This document shows, piece after piece, positions 7,777-19,762 of a DNA stretch of 64,000 bases (its first letter is position 1; each line of letters opens with the position of its first letter). Source of the stretch: Dictyostelium discoideum (lineage: Eukaryota); NCBI GenBank assembly GCA_000004695.1, contig CM000151.3:5984001-6048000 (forward strand), in the 5' to 3' direction. The notes under the pieces are model-generated. The model worked only from the letters and a program-made list of their open reading frames with translations. It had not been told where the DNA came from and searched no databases. The translations under genes and the position numbers were made by a program.

Positions 7777-9401
7777 TAATTATTTATTTTTTATTATTTA
7801 TTTGTATTAATTTAATGAATTAATATTTTATTTATTCATTGCCAAATTAAATAAATAAAATTACATTTAGAGTTATAATTTAATATTAATATTAAAATGT
7901 TTTTTTTTAAACCTAATTTCAAGTGGGGTTAACTTTTTTTTTTTTCATTTTTTATATTTTATTTTTTAAGTTTATATGTTTCATGTAAAATCAAAAAGGG
8001 ATTTTTTAACCCCTAATTTCACCCTTGAAAAAAACACTTAATAAATTTAATAATATTTGGCAATAAAAATAAATAAAATGTATTCTTTGTTCATTAATTA
8101 ATAATATTTATGAAGTGCAATATTTAATTATGTGCTTTTTAAAATTTTGAGGGAAAAAATTAGACAATTTTAAAAAACTAAGTAAACTTAAAAAAATTAA
8201 GTAAACTTAAACTATTATATATATATTTTTTTTTTTTTTTTTTTTTTTTATTTTTTTTGATATTTAAATAAAAAATTTTGTTATTAAAAATATATCAAAC
8301 TATAATAATAATCAATATTTTAGATATTTAAAAATGTGTTTTGGGTAAATATTATTTAAAAAAAAAAAAAGAAAAAAAAAAAAAAAATTTTAATATTTAC
8401 AATTAAATAATATTTTTAGGGATGCTGATAAAATTGCAACAAAAGAAACTGTAAAATTGGTTGAAAAAATCATTGATGTTAAAAAAGAAGAATTTTTAAA
8501 AAATCAAAAAATTTTATCTGAATTTATGAATAAAGGATATGGATTAATATTAAAAAATGATTTCAAATGTTCAAGTATGGTAATGGGTATCGGAAGTAGT
8601 GGTTGTGGAAAATCAACAACTCTCAATTTGATGCATGGAAATAACTTTGTAACTGGAAAGGATTGTGGTGATGTTACTATGCAACTTTCAATACCAACTC
8701 CTTCTGTAAAATATCCAAATACTAAAGTAATTGATTGTGTTGGCTTTACTCCAAGTCTTTCAAGTTTTTGCAAATTAATTTTAATTTATTTCCAACGTGG
8801 ATTTTTTCCAGATTATTTTCTATATCCATCATCAAATGATAGAACTGAACAAATTGTCACACTCTATAGAATGATTAGAATGGATTATGTCAAAATAATG
8901 GTTGTCCCATTCTCTGCAAAAAACTATCATTCAAATATTGAATTAATAAAAGAAATTGACCCAACAATGTCAGAATCAGAGGTAGATACAAAGTCATTAA
9001 AAAAAGCTTTTAATAGTGATATGGTATCACATATTATTGAAAAATTGGCTGAAATTAAATTAAAAAATGATGAAACCCTTAAAGGAAAGGTTATAGTTGT
9101 TGAATCTCTTGATAAAGTTCCAGAAGTAATTGGTTCAATGAAAACAATGTTTTTAAATGAATTCTTTATTGGTGGTAAATTTATAGATTCAATAACCTAT
9201 GAACAATTTTGTGAAAATTCTTCAGATGATGATCCTCAATCAACAAAAATATTTTTGTATGGCCTTTTAGTTGATGCTATGAAAACTTTATCATCATTTG
9301 CCAAGTATGATAATAATGGCGTATTGATAGGAATCGAAGAACAAAAATTCTTAAAAGACAATTAAAATGGAATCAAAATAAATCCCAACAACAAATTACC
9401 A

Positions 9402-9437
<36 letters not shown>

Positions 9438-9568
9438 TTTAATTTTAGCTCAATCATTTTAAAAATATTAAAAAATTAAAAAAACTAAATGAATATTAGA
9501 AAATAAATCAATAAATAAATAAATTTTATGAAATAATAAAGTATTATAATTTAATATTATAGAATATG

Positions 9569-9599
<31 letters not shown>

Positions 9600-9990
9600 G
9601 TTCCTCTTTTATTTATTGAAGTATCAGATAATTATTAAACATATCTAAATATAACCTTTTCCAATGGGAATCATTCAGCTCGTTTGGTGGTTTAGGTCAA
9701 CTCAGAGAAAAAAAAAAATTTTATTTTTTAAATTTTATTTAATTTTTAAAAATTGTCTGCAAATTAGACTTTGGAAGATTTATTCAAAATTTTCTTTTTT
9801 TTTCAGATCAAAAATTTTATTTTGAATTTTGAAATTTAATTGGATTTTTGTTCAAGTAAAAGTAACTTATTTTATTCACTACCAATTTATATGTTATTGT
9901 GATAATCCTAAATAACAACAATTCATGAAAGAGAAAAAAAATTATTAAAAATAAAAATAAGTGCCTATCAGATAACTAATCAAAAAATTA
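6850..9990. repeat. Segmental duplication copy 1 (5'-truncated) of a ~3.5-kb tandem unit
   Basis: 6847-6900 matches the 5' end of the Cys-rich gene at 10375-10445. Spacer blocks (aaaggtgcacccatcttaaaaacaaaa..., gaattccattggttatttt, aaccatgtgcaatttagtgtgtgggtg) are shared with 10650-10980 and 14140-14410. The lsm6 segment is mostly deleted. The P-loop gene is intact. Confidence 0.7.
8334..9365 (+). CDS. P-loop GTPase-like protein (G1 GIGSSGCGKST, candidate G3 DCVG). Exons: 8334..8344 (ATGTGTTTTGG, tentative) and 8420..9365
   Basis: Exon 2 begins right after a ...tatttttag acceptor at 8419. A GTAAAT donor follows ATG TGT TTT GG at 8345. Both features are conserved in the pseudogene copy at about 12456/12544. 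The Walker A motif is in-frame. Confidence 0.5.
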
Positions 9991-10198
9991 TTTGGGAAAA
10001 CACACAAAAATAAATTAAAAAATTATATTATATGATAAACTTATTTTATTGTTAATGGATTTAATAATTAAATAAATAAATTCAAAGGGGGAGGGTTGTT
10101 GTTGAATATAATAATTTAGATAATTAGATAAATTGAATTTTGAGTATAGTTAGAAAGACCAAATAAATTAAAATTCAATTATCAATTGATTTCTATGT

Positions 10199-10444
10199 TT
10201 AATTATGAACTGCAGGTGATTGAGTTGGGGGATCAACTATAGGGAAGATACAGTTATATAAACATGTACCCAATGCTTCTGAACAAACTTCGAGTGGTAC
10301 TGAGATATCTGGCGAGTCAAAACCGGCAACACATAATTGGTAACTTTCTTTGCAAGTTTGTTTACATACGGTATTGAAAATTGAACAAAATGCTCCAGAG
10401 GTGGCAATTGATAATAAAAGTACAATGAGAATTATTTTATTCAT
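10199..10444 (-). CDS. small secreted Cys-rich protein (signal peptide + 8 Cys), paralog A
   Basis: 81 aa: MNKIILIVLLLSIATSGAFCSIFNTVCKQTCKESYQLCVAGFDSPDISVPLEVCSEALGTCLYNCIFP.... It has a hydrophobic N-terminus and a conserved Cys spacing shared with paralog B. Confidence 0.55.
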   Translation of the reverse strand: MNKIILIVLLLSIATSGAFCSIFNTVCKQTCKESYQLCVAGFDSPDISVPLEVCSEALGTCLYNCIFPIVDPPTQSPAVHN

Positions 10445-11007
10445 TTTTGTTTTATTTGTTTTTTTTTTAAAAATTAGAAAATTGAATGATAGAAATTAGT
10501 ATAATATTTAAATTAAATTATAAAATAAAAAAAATTTTAAAAAATATTTATATTGAAAAAAAAAAAAGGTAATTAAAATTATAAAAATTAAAATTAAAAA
10601 TAGATAAAGTTATTTATTATTAAAAAAAAAAAAAAAAAAAATTTGAATTGTAAAGGTGCGCCCATCTTGAAAACAAAAGAAGATGAGCGATTCGATTTGT
10701 TATTCCATAATTGTTAAGAATATGATGCCAATAATTTTAAGCCCCTATTGTTAACTGAACAAAGAAAAAAAAAATTATGATAATGGGTATAAAATGTAAT
10801 TTTAATAAGGCAACTTGCCAAAACTTACATTTTATACCCATTTTTTAAAATAATATTTATAATTTATGAATTCCATTGGTTATTTTAAAATAAAAAAAGT
10901 AAAATAAAATATAAATATAATTATAGATTATACAGATATTTTTTAAAACCATGTGCAATTTGGTGGGTGGTGAAAAAAAATATTAGATTTAAAAAAAAAA
11001 AAAATAA

Positions 11008-11038
<31 letters not shown>

Positions 11039-11459
11039 CGATTAAAAAAAAAAATTATTTATTATTTCTTTTTTATTGGGCTATTAATATTTATTTTGGG
11101 AATTTAAAAAAAAAAATTTTAAAAAAAAAATAATAAAAAAAAAATTGGTTTCTATTCAAAGTAATACACATTCTCAATTCCTTTTATTAATAACAGTTAA
11201 AAAAACTTTAATATATGCAAAGCGATACACATTCGCAATTCCTTTTATTAATAACTGTTAAAAAAAAAACCATGCTATATTAATATATTATTATTATTTT
11301 AAAATAAAAATCAACATATAGTAATATTGAGTAATTAAAATAGCTGAAATAGTAGATTCACATAAAAAATTTATTTATAATCTCCACGCACACATACATA
11401 TATACCCATGTATAGCCACTCGCTTTTTATAAATAAATTAATAAATTAATATTGAAAAA

Positions 11460-11700
11460 ATGTCCACTACCACAGCCACCAGTAATACATCAAATAATAG
11501 TAATGCACAATTTAACTTTATTTAAAATGTTGATTGGAAGACCAGTCTTTGTTAAATTAACCAATGCTGTTTAATATAGGGGTATTTTGGAAGTAATATG
11601 AACATTATAATGGAACACATACTGAGGAATATACCTTTATGTGCAATTAAAAGCTAAATATGGTAAACTTGTGAAATAGCAAGTAGTGACGGTGGTAATT
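11460..11700 (+). pseudogene. lsm6 pseudogene (copy-2 version of the LSm6 first exon, disrupted)
   Basis: It opens ATGTCCACTACCACAGCCACCAGTAATACATCAAATAATAGTAATGCACAATTTAACTTTATTTAA, with a premature stop. Downstream matches to lsm6 exon 1 (…ggtattttggaagtaatatgaacatt…aaatatggtaaacttgtgaaatagcaagt) contain indels. Confidence 0.55.
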
Positions 11701-11915
11701 ATCTTTTGATTTTAGCAGTTGATGGTGTGTCATAATTATTCCAATATTGATCTAATTAATTTTTTAATCTTCGAGAATTTAATTCAAATTCAAATTCAAA
11801 AAAAGAATTCATTTTTTATTTTATTTATAAATTGAGAATTTAAATAAATTCTAATTACATTTTGAGTTTTAGTATAATTTTTTTCAATATTATTATTAGT
11901 GACCAATTAAAATAT

Positions 11916-11959
<44 letters not shown>

Positions 11960-12468
11960 CAAATTTTTTTTTTGTATCAAATTATATATTTGTATTAATT
12001 AAATGAATTCATTTTTTTATTAATTTGTTGAGAATTTAAATTAATTATTTTTTGAGTTATAATTAAATTTTTTTATTTATTATTAAAAACTTAATAAATT
12101 TAATAATATTTGTTAACTTAAATATCATTACTAAAACTAATAAATTGGTTTTACCTAAGGAAACAAAAATTTTACAAGATGTTTCCTTTTTTTTTTTAAT
12201 ACATTTGATGTAAAATCATGGTTTTTTTTTTTTTTTTTTTAAACCTAATATTTTAATTATTTTTAAGTTAACAAATATTATTAAATTTATTAAGTCCTTT
12301 TTAAAAAATTAAATAAACTTAAACTATTATAATAATTTTTTTTATTTTTATTTGGCTTTAAAATTAAAATTTGTTATTTAAATTAAAAATTATTATTATT
12401 AAAAATACACGAACAATAAAAAATAATATAAACAAATTTTAGATTTAAAAAAATGTGTTTTGGATAAT

Positions 12469-12516
<48 letters not shown>

Positions 12517-12544
12517 AAAATATTAATATTTAATAATATTTTTA

Positions 12545-13150
12545 GGGATGCTGATAAGATTGCGACTAATGAAACTGATAAATTGGTTACAAAAATCATT
12601 GATGTAAAAAAAGAAGAATTTTTAAAATATCAAAATATTCTACAGAATTTATGAACAGAGGATTTCTATTAATTTCAAAAAATGATTTCAAATGTTTAAG
12701 TATGGTAATGGGAGTTGGAAATAGTGGTTGTGGTAAATCAACAACTCTTTCATTTGATACATGGAAATAAATTTTACTCCAAATCTTTCAAATTTTTGTA
12801 AATTAATTTTAATTTTTCTCCACCGTGGATTTTTTCCAGATTATTTTCTATATCCATCATCAAATGTTAGAATTGAACAAATTTCCACTCTATATAGAAT
12901 GGTTAGAATGGATTATGTCAAAATCATGGTTGTCCCATTCTCTGCAAATAATTATTATTCAAATATGGAATTTATAAAAGAATTGGACTCAACAATTCCA
13001 GAATTAGTATATAAAAAATCAGTAAAAAAAGCTAGAAGTGATATGATATCACATATTTATGAAGAATGATGTAGTTCCAGAAGTAATTAACCTATGATAA
13101 AAATGGAGTATTGGCTGGAATTGATGAACTAAGATGCTTAAAAGACAATT
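12545..13150 (+). pseudogene. P-loop GTPase-like pseudogene (copy-2 version of the 8334..9365 gene)
   Basis: It is collinear with 8420-9365. A stop follows the Walker A region (…GVGNSGCGKSTTLSFDTWK*). It carries several deletions relative to the intact gene, and an expanded (AAT)n tract follows it. Confidence 0.6.
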
Positions 13151-13183
13151 AAACATTTTATTTAAACAGCAATTAATATTAAA

Positions 13184-13222
<39 letters not shown>

Positions 13223-13231
13223 TATAATAAC

Positions 13232-13278
<47 letters not shown>

Positions 13279-13300
13279 TAATAATAATAATAATAATAAT
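13184..13300. repeat. (AAT)n microsatellite, expanded in copy 2 of the tandem unit (the copy-1 counterpart at 9404-9436 is about 33 bp)
   Basis: Read directly from the sequence. Confidence 0.9.
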
Positions 13301-13350
13301 ATAATCCAATTAATTAATTTTAGCTCAATTATTTCAAAAAAATAAATTAA

Positions 13351-13385
<35 letters not shown>

Positions 13386-13671
13386 ATATTCAACATTCCC
13401 TTTAATTTTTTAAAGTATCACATAATTATGAATAAATTTTGTTTTTAAAAATTAGGTAAAAAAAACACAGAAAAATAAATTAAAAAATTAAATTATATGA
13501 TAAACTTATTTTATTGTTAATGGATTTAATAATTAAATAAATAAATTAAAAAGGGGGGGGAGAAGGGGTTGTTGTTGACTATTATAATTTAGATAATTGG
13601 ATAAATTGAATTTTGAGTATTGTTGGAAAGAACATATAAATTAAAATCTAATTATCAATTGATTTCTATGT

Positions 13672-13920
13672 TTATTTATGAACTGCAGGTGATTTGGTTG
13701 GGAAATCAACTACAAAAGGGTGGATACAGCTATATAAACATGTACTCAATACTTCTGAACAAATTTCGAGTGATATTATGATATTTGGCGAGTCAAAACC
13801 GAGAATACATGATTGATAACTTTCTTTGCAAGTTTGTTTACATTTGGTATTGAAAACTGAACAAAATGCTCCAGAGGTGGCAATTGATAATAAAAGTACA
13901 ATGAGAATTATTCTATTCAT
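13672..13920 (-). CDS. small secreted Cys-rich protein, paralog B
   Basis: 82 aa: MNRIILIVLLLSIATSGAFCSVFNTKCKQTCKESYQSCILGFDSPNIIISLEICSEVLSTCLYSCIHP.... This intact ORF is about 70% identical to paralog A. Confidence 0.55.
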   Translation of the reverse strand: MNRIILIVLLLSIATSGAFCSVFNTKCKQTCKESYQSCILGFDSPNIIISLEICSEVLSTCLYSCIHPFVVDFPTKSPAVHK

Positions 13921-14935
13921 TTTTTATTTATTTGGTTTTTTTTTTTTTTTTTTTTTTAACTAGAAAATTGAATGATAGAAAAAATTAAATTAAATTATAA
14001 TATTTAAATTAAATTATTAAATAAATAAAAAAAAAAATTTTTAAAAAGTATTTATATAAAAAAAAAAAAAAAAGTAATTAAAATTAGAAAAATTAAAATT
14101 AAAAATAGATAAAGTTATTATTAAAAAATTTTGAAAAGTAAAGGTGAACCCATAATGAAAACAAAAGAAGATGAGCGATTACTATGATGCCAATAATTTT
14201 AAGCACCTATTGAAAACTGAGCAAAGAAAAAAAATAATAAAAATAAAAATAATTATAAAATGCAACTTACCAATACTCACATTTTATACCCATTTTTTAA
14301 AATAATATTTATAACTTATGAATTCCATTGGTTATTTTTTAAATAAAAAAAAATATATATATAATGAGATTATACAGATATTTTTCTAAAACCATGTGCA
14401 ATTAAGTGTGAGGAGGAAAAAAAAATTAAGATTTTAAAAAAAAAAAAACGATTAAAAAAAAAAAATAATAAAATTTATTTATTATTTCTTTTTAATTGGA
14501 CTATTAATATAATTTATTTTGGAAATTTGAAAAATGAAAAAATGAAAAAAAAAAAAAAAATAAAAAAAAAATTAAAAAAAAAAAAATTAAAAAAAAAAAA
14601 AAATTTTCATAAAATTGTGATCTATTCAAAGCAATACACATCCGCAATCCCTTTTATTAATTAAACGGTTTAAAATAAAACAACTTGTTATTTAAATATT
14701 ACTATATTAATATATTATTATATTTAAAAATAAATATCAACATATAGTAATTTTGAATAATTAAAATATACCCAAAATAGTCTATTCACATAAAACATTT
14801 ATTCATAATCTCCACCCCACACACACATATTTATATATATATATAGCCACCCACTTTTAATAAATTAATAAATATATTAATAAATAAATAAATACACAAT
14901 AAATAAATTAATAAATTAATAAATTATATGAAAAA

Positions 14936-15189
14936 ATGACCACTACCACCACAACCAGTAATACATCAAACAATAGTAATGCACAATTTAACTTTTTTAA
15001 AATGTGTATTGGAAGACCAGTCGTTGTTAAATTAAACAATGGTGTTGAATATAGGGGTATTTTAGAAGTAGTAGATGGTAATATGAACATTGTAATGGAG
15101 CAAACTGAGGAATATCTTAATGGGCAATTAAAAACTAAATATGGTGATTGCTTTTTAAGAGGAAATAATGGTATGGTTTTATTATTGAC

Positions 15190-15226
<37 letters not shown>

Positions 15227-15307
15227 TTTAACCATTCATAAACTAACTTTATTTATTTATCTATTATAAATACAGTATTATATATTTCAGCTCAACCAAG
15301 AAAATAA
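14936..15307 (+). CDS. lsm6: U6 snRNA-associated Sm-like protein LSm6. Exons: 14936..15170 and 15276..15307 (intron 15171..15275, GTATGG...TACAG, contains (TTA)n)
   Basis: Exon 1 encodes ...FFKMCIGRPVVVKLNNGVEYRGILEVVDGNMNIVMEQTEEYLNGQLKTKYGDCFLRGNN. Splicing adds VLYISAQPRK*. This is near-collinear with human LSm6 (…IGRPVVVKLNSGVDYRGVLACLDGYMNIALEQTEEYVNGQLKNKYGDAFIRGNNVLYIS…). There is an N-terminal poly-Thr extension. Confidence 0.8.
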
Positions 15308-15508
15308 TAATTTATTAATTAAAACAAATAAAATAATTATAATCTTTTTGTAAAAAAAAAAAAATAAAAAAAAATAAAAAAAAAAAAACAAAACAAAGAA
15401 CAAAAAACAAAACTATTTTTATCTTTAATATCAAAATTTATTTTTATTTGATAAAATGTTTTAAAAATTATAATTTTGGAACTTAACGCGATGGGTGAAA
15501 AGAAACCA

Positions 15509-15539
<31 letters not shown>

Positions 15540-16210
15540 CAGAAATTATAATTTTGGAATTAAACACTATAGGGATTAAAATAAGAAATCGAATTTTTTT
15601 TTTTTTAAGAATTATAGTTTATTAAGAAATTGATCTACTAAAAACACAAAAAATCAATAGTTTTTTTTTGGTTCCCACAAACTATACATAAGATTTTTTT
15701 TTTTTTTTTTTGGGTGGGAATCAAATTTTGAAAAACTTGATTATTTTTTTTTTTTTTTTTAGATTTGAACGAATATTAAATTATTTTTGAATGATTGAGA
15801 ATGTATTTTCTTTCCAACACGCTTAAGTGAAGGAGAAGATTTGAAAATAAAAAATAAAGTTTGATGTGAATTATATGAACGAAATTTGGCGATGATATTG
15901 ATGAGGTTGTTGAAGAATTGATTTTAAAATATTATTACAAATGATTATTTTTTGGAAAGTGATTTTTAAAAGAAAAAAAGGAAAGAAGAGAAAAAAAAAA
16001 GAAACACAATAATAATAAATTAAAAAAAATAATGATAATTGATCGAGATGATATATGTAATTAAATTGAATTATTACCATATATTTATCCAAACATTTTT
16101 TCATTTTTTTTTTATATTATTATTGTTATTTCATTTTTTTTTTCCCCTTTTTTGAATTATTCCACCCCAATTTCTTTGTAAAATTTCCATTATAAATTAT
16201 TATTATTATT

Positions 16211-17649
16211 TTAAAATTCAACAACTGGAATTGCAGCGACTTCCATTAACTTTGAAGACAAGTATTTCTTTCTTGTGGCTTTAAGGTTAGAGGTGTCAGC
16301 TCTCTTTCTAACTTCTTTGAGTTCTTGAGCACATTGTAAGATTTCAGACTCCTTGTAACAAGTGTAATATTCAAGTGTTACATTCCAGTATGGACCAGAC
16401 TTCATGGTCATACGACGAGCGACATAGATTGAAGCGGCGGCAATCATTGATGGAACGAATTGAACCATTCTGTATTCAACCATTGAGAGTTCAGAGAGGT
16501 ATTTACTGAGTGAATGAGTACGAGAGTCTGATCCAGCAGCCTTTGAGAAACGACGTAAAAAGTGTAAAGGAGTGGCGACAGACATGTGGAATTGCAAAGT
16601 TGAGAGGATTTGTCTTTCCATGTCGATAACCTCGGCGTGGGTGCAGGCATCATCGGATGTATGAACGAAATCCTTGATTTGTGGACTGTAGATCTCTTCA
16701 TATTTACAAGCTAACAAAATGGCGGTAATACCAACCAATTGGAGTTTAGTGACTGGAATCATTACTTTAGCGAGATAACGATCGACGATATTGACAGAGA
16801 GGAAGAAAGTTTCAGATAACAACTTGAAACGGACATGAACAGCCATCATCCAATCGACGAGGATTGCACGCATACGTTCATTGATATGGTATTGATTCTT
16901 TATATAGTCTTTGTCAATCTTATCGATTTGCTCCTTCTCACGGTAGTATGCGAAAATTTCATTAACATATTCACCAACACATTGTGGATCGTGGCTATCA
17001 TAGATATCGATATTCTCTGGTACCTCTGTAATGTCAATGACCATTTGTTCCTCTTGAATCATATTGGTATCGTTATCAACATCGTCAATCATAACTGGTT
17101 GTTGGGGAATATTATTCATCATTTCCATTGATTGAATATCTCTCTTTTGTACTTTATTTACTGGTCCATTGGCATTTGGTAAAACTCCACTAATTAATGC
17201 TGAATTACGTAAACTTGCACCATTATCAATAATTGATTTTGATCTTGTAATAATGTTATTTCTAGTATTTGTTGGTTGTGGCTTTTAAGAGAGAATTTGT
17301 CAGAGAGCAAGAGGGAGGAGATGGAAGGAAAAAAAAAAAAAAAAAAATTTGGAAAATTAATAAAAATTATTTTTATAATTAAATGATGATAGAAAATTAA
17401 AATACATACCATAATAATATTATTATTTGACAATTGTACAGTTTTAGTTGCCATTCCAGTTGTTTGATGTGTATTATTTGTTAAATCAGAAAGGGCACCT
17501 CTGTGTGATTTTAATCCAGTTGTACCACCAATTTTCTTATCCATACCAATTGATGATTTTGGTACTTTGTTTTCATCCATAATCATACCTCCACCCATTG
17601 ATGAATGTGATCTTGTTTTAATATTTAGAGGGTTATTAATTGTTGACAT
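16211..17649 (-). CDS. cycB: Cyclin B (mitotic cyclin). Exons: 17649..17410 and 17281..16211 (intron GTATGT...AG, 17409..17282); predicted 436 aa
   Basis: Exon 1 carries the destruction box RGALSDLTN (RxALxxLxN). Exon 2 carries the cyclin box (MRAILVDWMMAVHVRFKLLSETFFLSVNIVDRYL...) and the C-terminal cyclin fold. Both junctions agree with the frames of ORF-track ORFs 17194..17649 and 16211..17128. Confidence 0.9.
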
Positions 17650-18741
17650 TTTATTTTATTACTATTATTATTATTTATTATATTAATTTTTAGAAAGAAA
17701 GAATATTGAATTTTATTTTTATTATTATTGGAGTGATTAAAAAAGAAAACTAATAAGTGAAATGATTATATATTATAACATATTAATTAATAGATTTGAA
17801 AGAAAAGAGTGTAGTAATTGAAAATGAAAAAAAAAAAAAAAAAATTTTAGTTTTTTTTTTTTTTGTGAAAAATGTGAGTTTTTTATGATGTTCCAATTTA
17901 TTGGCGGTTAATGGAATTATTTCAAAAACAGTTAAAAAGAGGGGGAATAAATAAATAAATAAACAAATAGATAATAAATTTTAAAAAGAAAATAAAAAAA
18001 TTAGTAAATGAATAATTTTTTAAAATAATTAATTTTTTTTTTTTTTTTTTTTTTTTATATCTTTTTATTTATTTATTTGATCAAAATAACCATCACATTT
18101 TTATTATTACTATTTTTTATATCTTTTTTTTTTTTTATGTATTTTTTTGTTTTTCTAAAAATTTCTTTTTTTATTTTTTTTTTTCTATTTTTTTTTTTTC
18201 TAAATTTTTTTTTTTTATTTTTTTTTGCGGTGACTGAAGATGATGATGATCTTATAATAAAGTAATTATTAGAACTTACATTAATTTAAATTTTGAATAA
18301 ATGTATAGTTATTTAAATTGAATAAATTGATGAGTAATTTTTTTATTATTATTATTATCTTTTTTTTTTTTTTTTTAATTTTTCTTTTTTATTACTTTCT
18401 AAATTATAATATAACAAAATATAAAAAAAAAAAGAAATGACAAACAAAAAAAAGTTTTCAATTTATAGACCACTGCATAAAATAAAAAAAAAAAAAAAAA
18501 AATAGTTTAAATCCAAAAAATATCAATATTAACGGGATTATATAATTTTAAAAATTCAAATTTAAAAAATTTCCTAATCGTTAAAAAAAAGTGGATATTT
18601 TTTTTTAAAAAAAAAAATTGGTTGGAAAATTTAAATGTTTCATTTTGGTGTATCGTTTTGTATTTTTTATTAATTTTAATTTGAACTTAAATGTATATAT
18701 AGGGGGTGGGGTTTATTAATTTTTTAAAATTTTCCATATTA

Positions 18742-18777
<36 letters not shown>

Positions 18778-19528
18778 GTAATGTTTTTAATTAATTTTTT
18801 TAAAAAAAATTTTAAATAAAAAAGGATAGGAAATATATTATTTTATTATATTTAATTTAAAATTTTTTTTTTTTAAAAAAATTAAATTAAAACAATACCC
18901 AAAAAAGGAGAGTGAGTATATATACAGGCTCAATTTAATTTTATTATTTTATCATTATCAAAATGAAAATATAAAAATTTTAAAAATTAGTTGTTACAAC
19001 GGTTTAAACAAACAACAGTTAAAAGTATTAAATTAAATTAAATGAATTTGTGATTAACTCAAAGATCCCATTCTTTTAAGAAATTTTTTTTCACAAACAT
19101 TGATTACAAGAATAATCTTAGAGTAGTTGGCTTTTGTGATATTTTTTTTTATTTTATTTTATTTTATTTTTTTTTTTAAATTTTTTTTTTTCTTTTTGAT
19201 TAGAAAAAAAAGGGGCGCTTTTACACCAGATAAACTGCTTAAAATATTAAACAATACCGCCAACACCAAAAAAAAAAAAATAAAAAAAAAAAAAATAAAA
19301 AAAAAAAAAAGAAAAAAAATAAAAAGCAATTATGTTAATAGAAATTGGGATTAAAATTTCCAAAATATCTTTATTTGAATAAAAAATTAATAATAAAGAA
19401 AATAATAATTTTTTTGATTTGATCAGATTTAATTTTTTTTTTTTTTTTTAAAAATATTTTATTTAAATTTACAAGGTTCTTATTATTTGTTTTTATTATC
19501 GTTTTTGTTTTTTTTTTATTCTCCATTT

Positions 19529-19569
<41 letters not shown>

Positions 19570-19762
19570 CATAAAAAATAAAAATAAAATTAAAACAGGG
19601 AAATGATGGATTTGTTGAAATTAATTGAAGGTGTAGAGATTTTATTATTATTATTATTATTATAACAGATAATCATTTTGTTTTATAATAATTAAATTGA
19701 TAAAACCAAAATAGATTTTTTTTTTTTTTTTTTTTTCTCCTTCCAAGGAACAAAAAAAAAAA

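Larger units (their letters stand above)
9990..13480. repeat. Segmental duplication copy 2 (complete unit)
   Basis: The unit start (aattatattatatgataaacttattttattgttaatggatttaataattaaataaataaatt...gggg...gttgttgttga...) recurs at about 13490. Confidence 0.7.
13480..15330. repeat. Segmental duplication copy 3 (3'-truncated after lsm6)
   Basis: This copy shares the unit start, the Cys-rich gene, the spacer blocks and the lsm6 region with copy 2. No P-loop gene follows. Confidence 0.65.

Noticed and set aside
8504-8773. Minus-strand ORF antisense to the P-loop gene; similarly 16444..16701, 35170..35697, 35643..35849, 36847..37032, 44325..44825, 54120..54449, 59361..59612, 60281..60493, 62994..63311
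   Set aside because: Each is short and lies wholly inside a better-supported longer CDS on the opposite strand or in another frame, with no domain signal.
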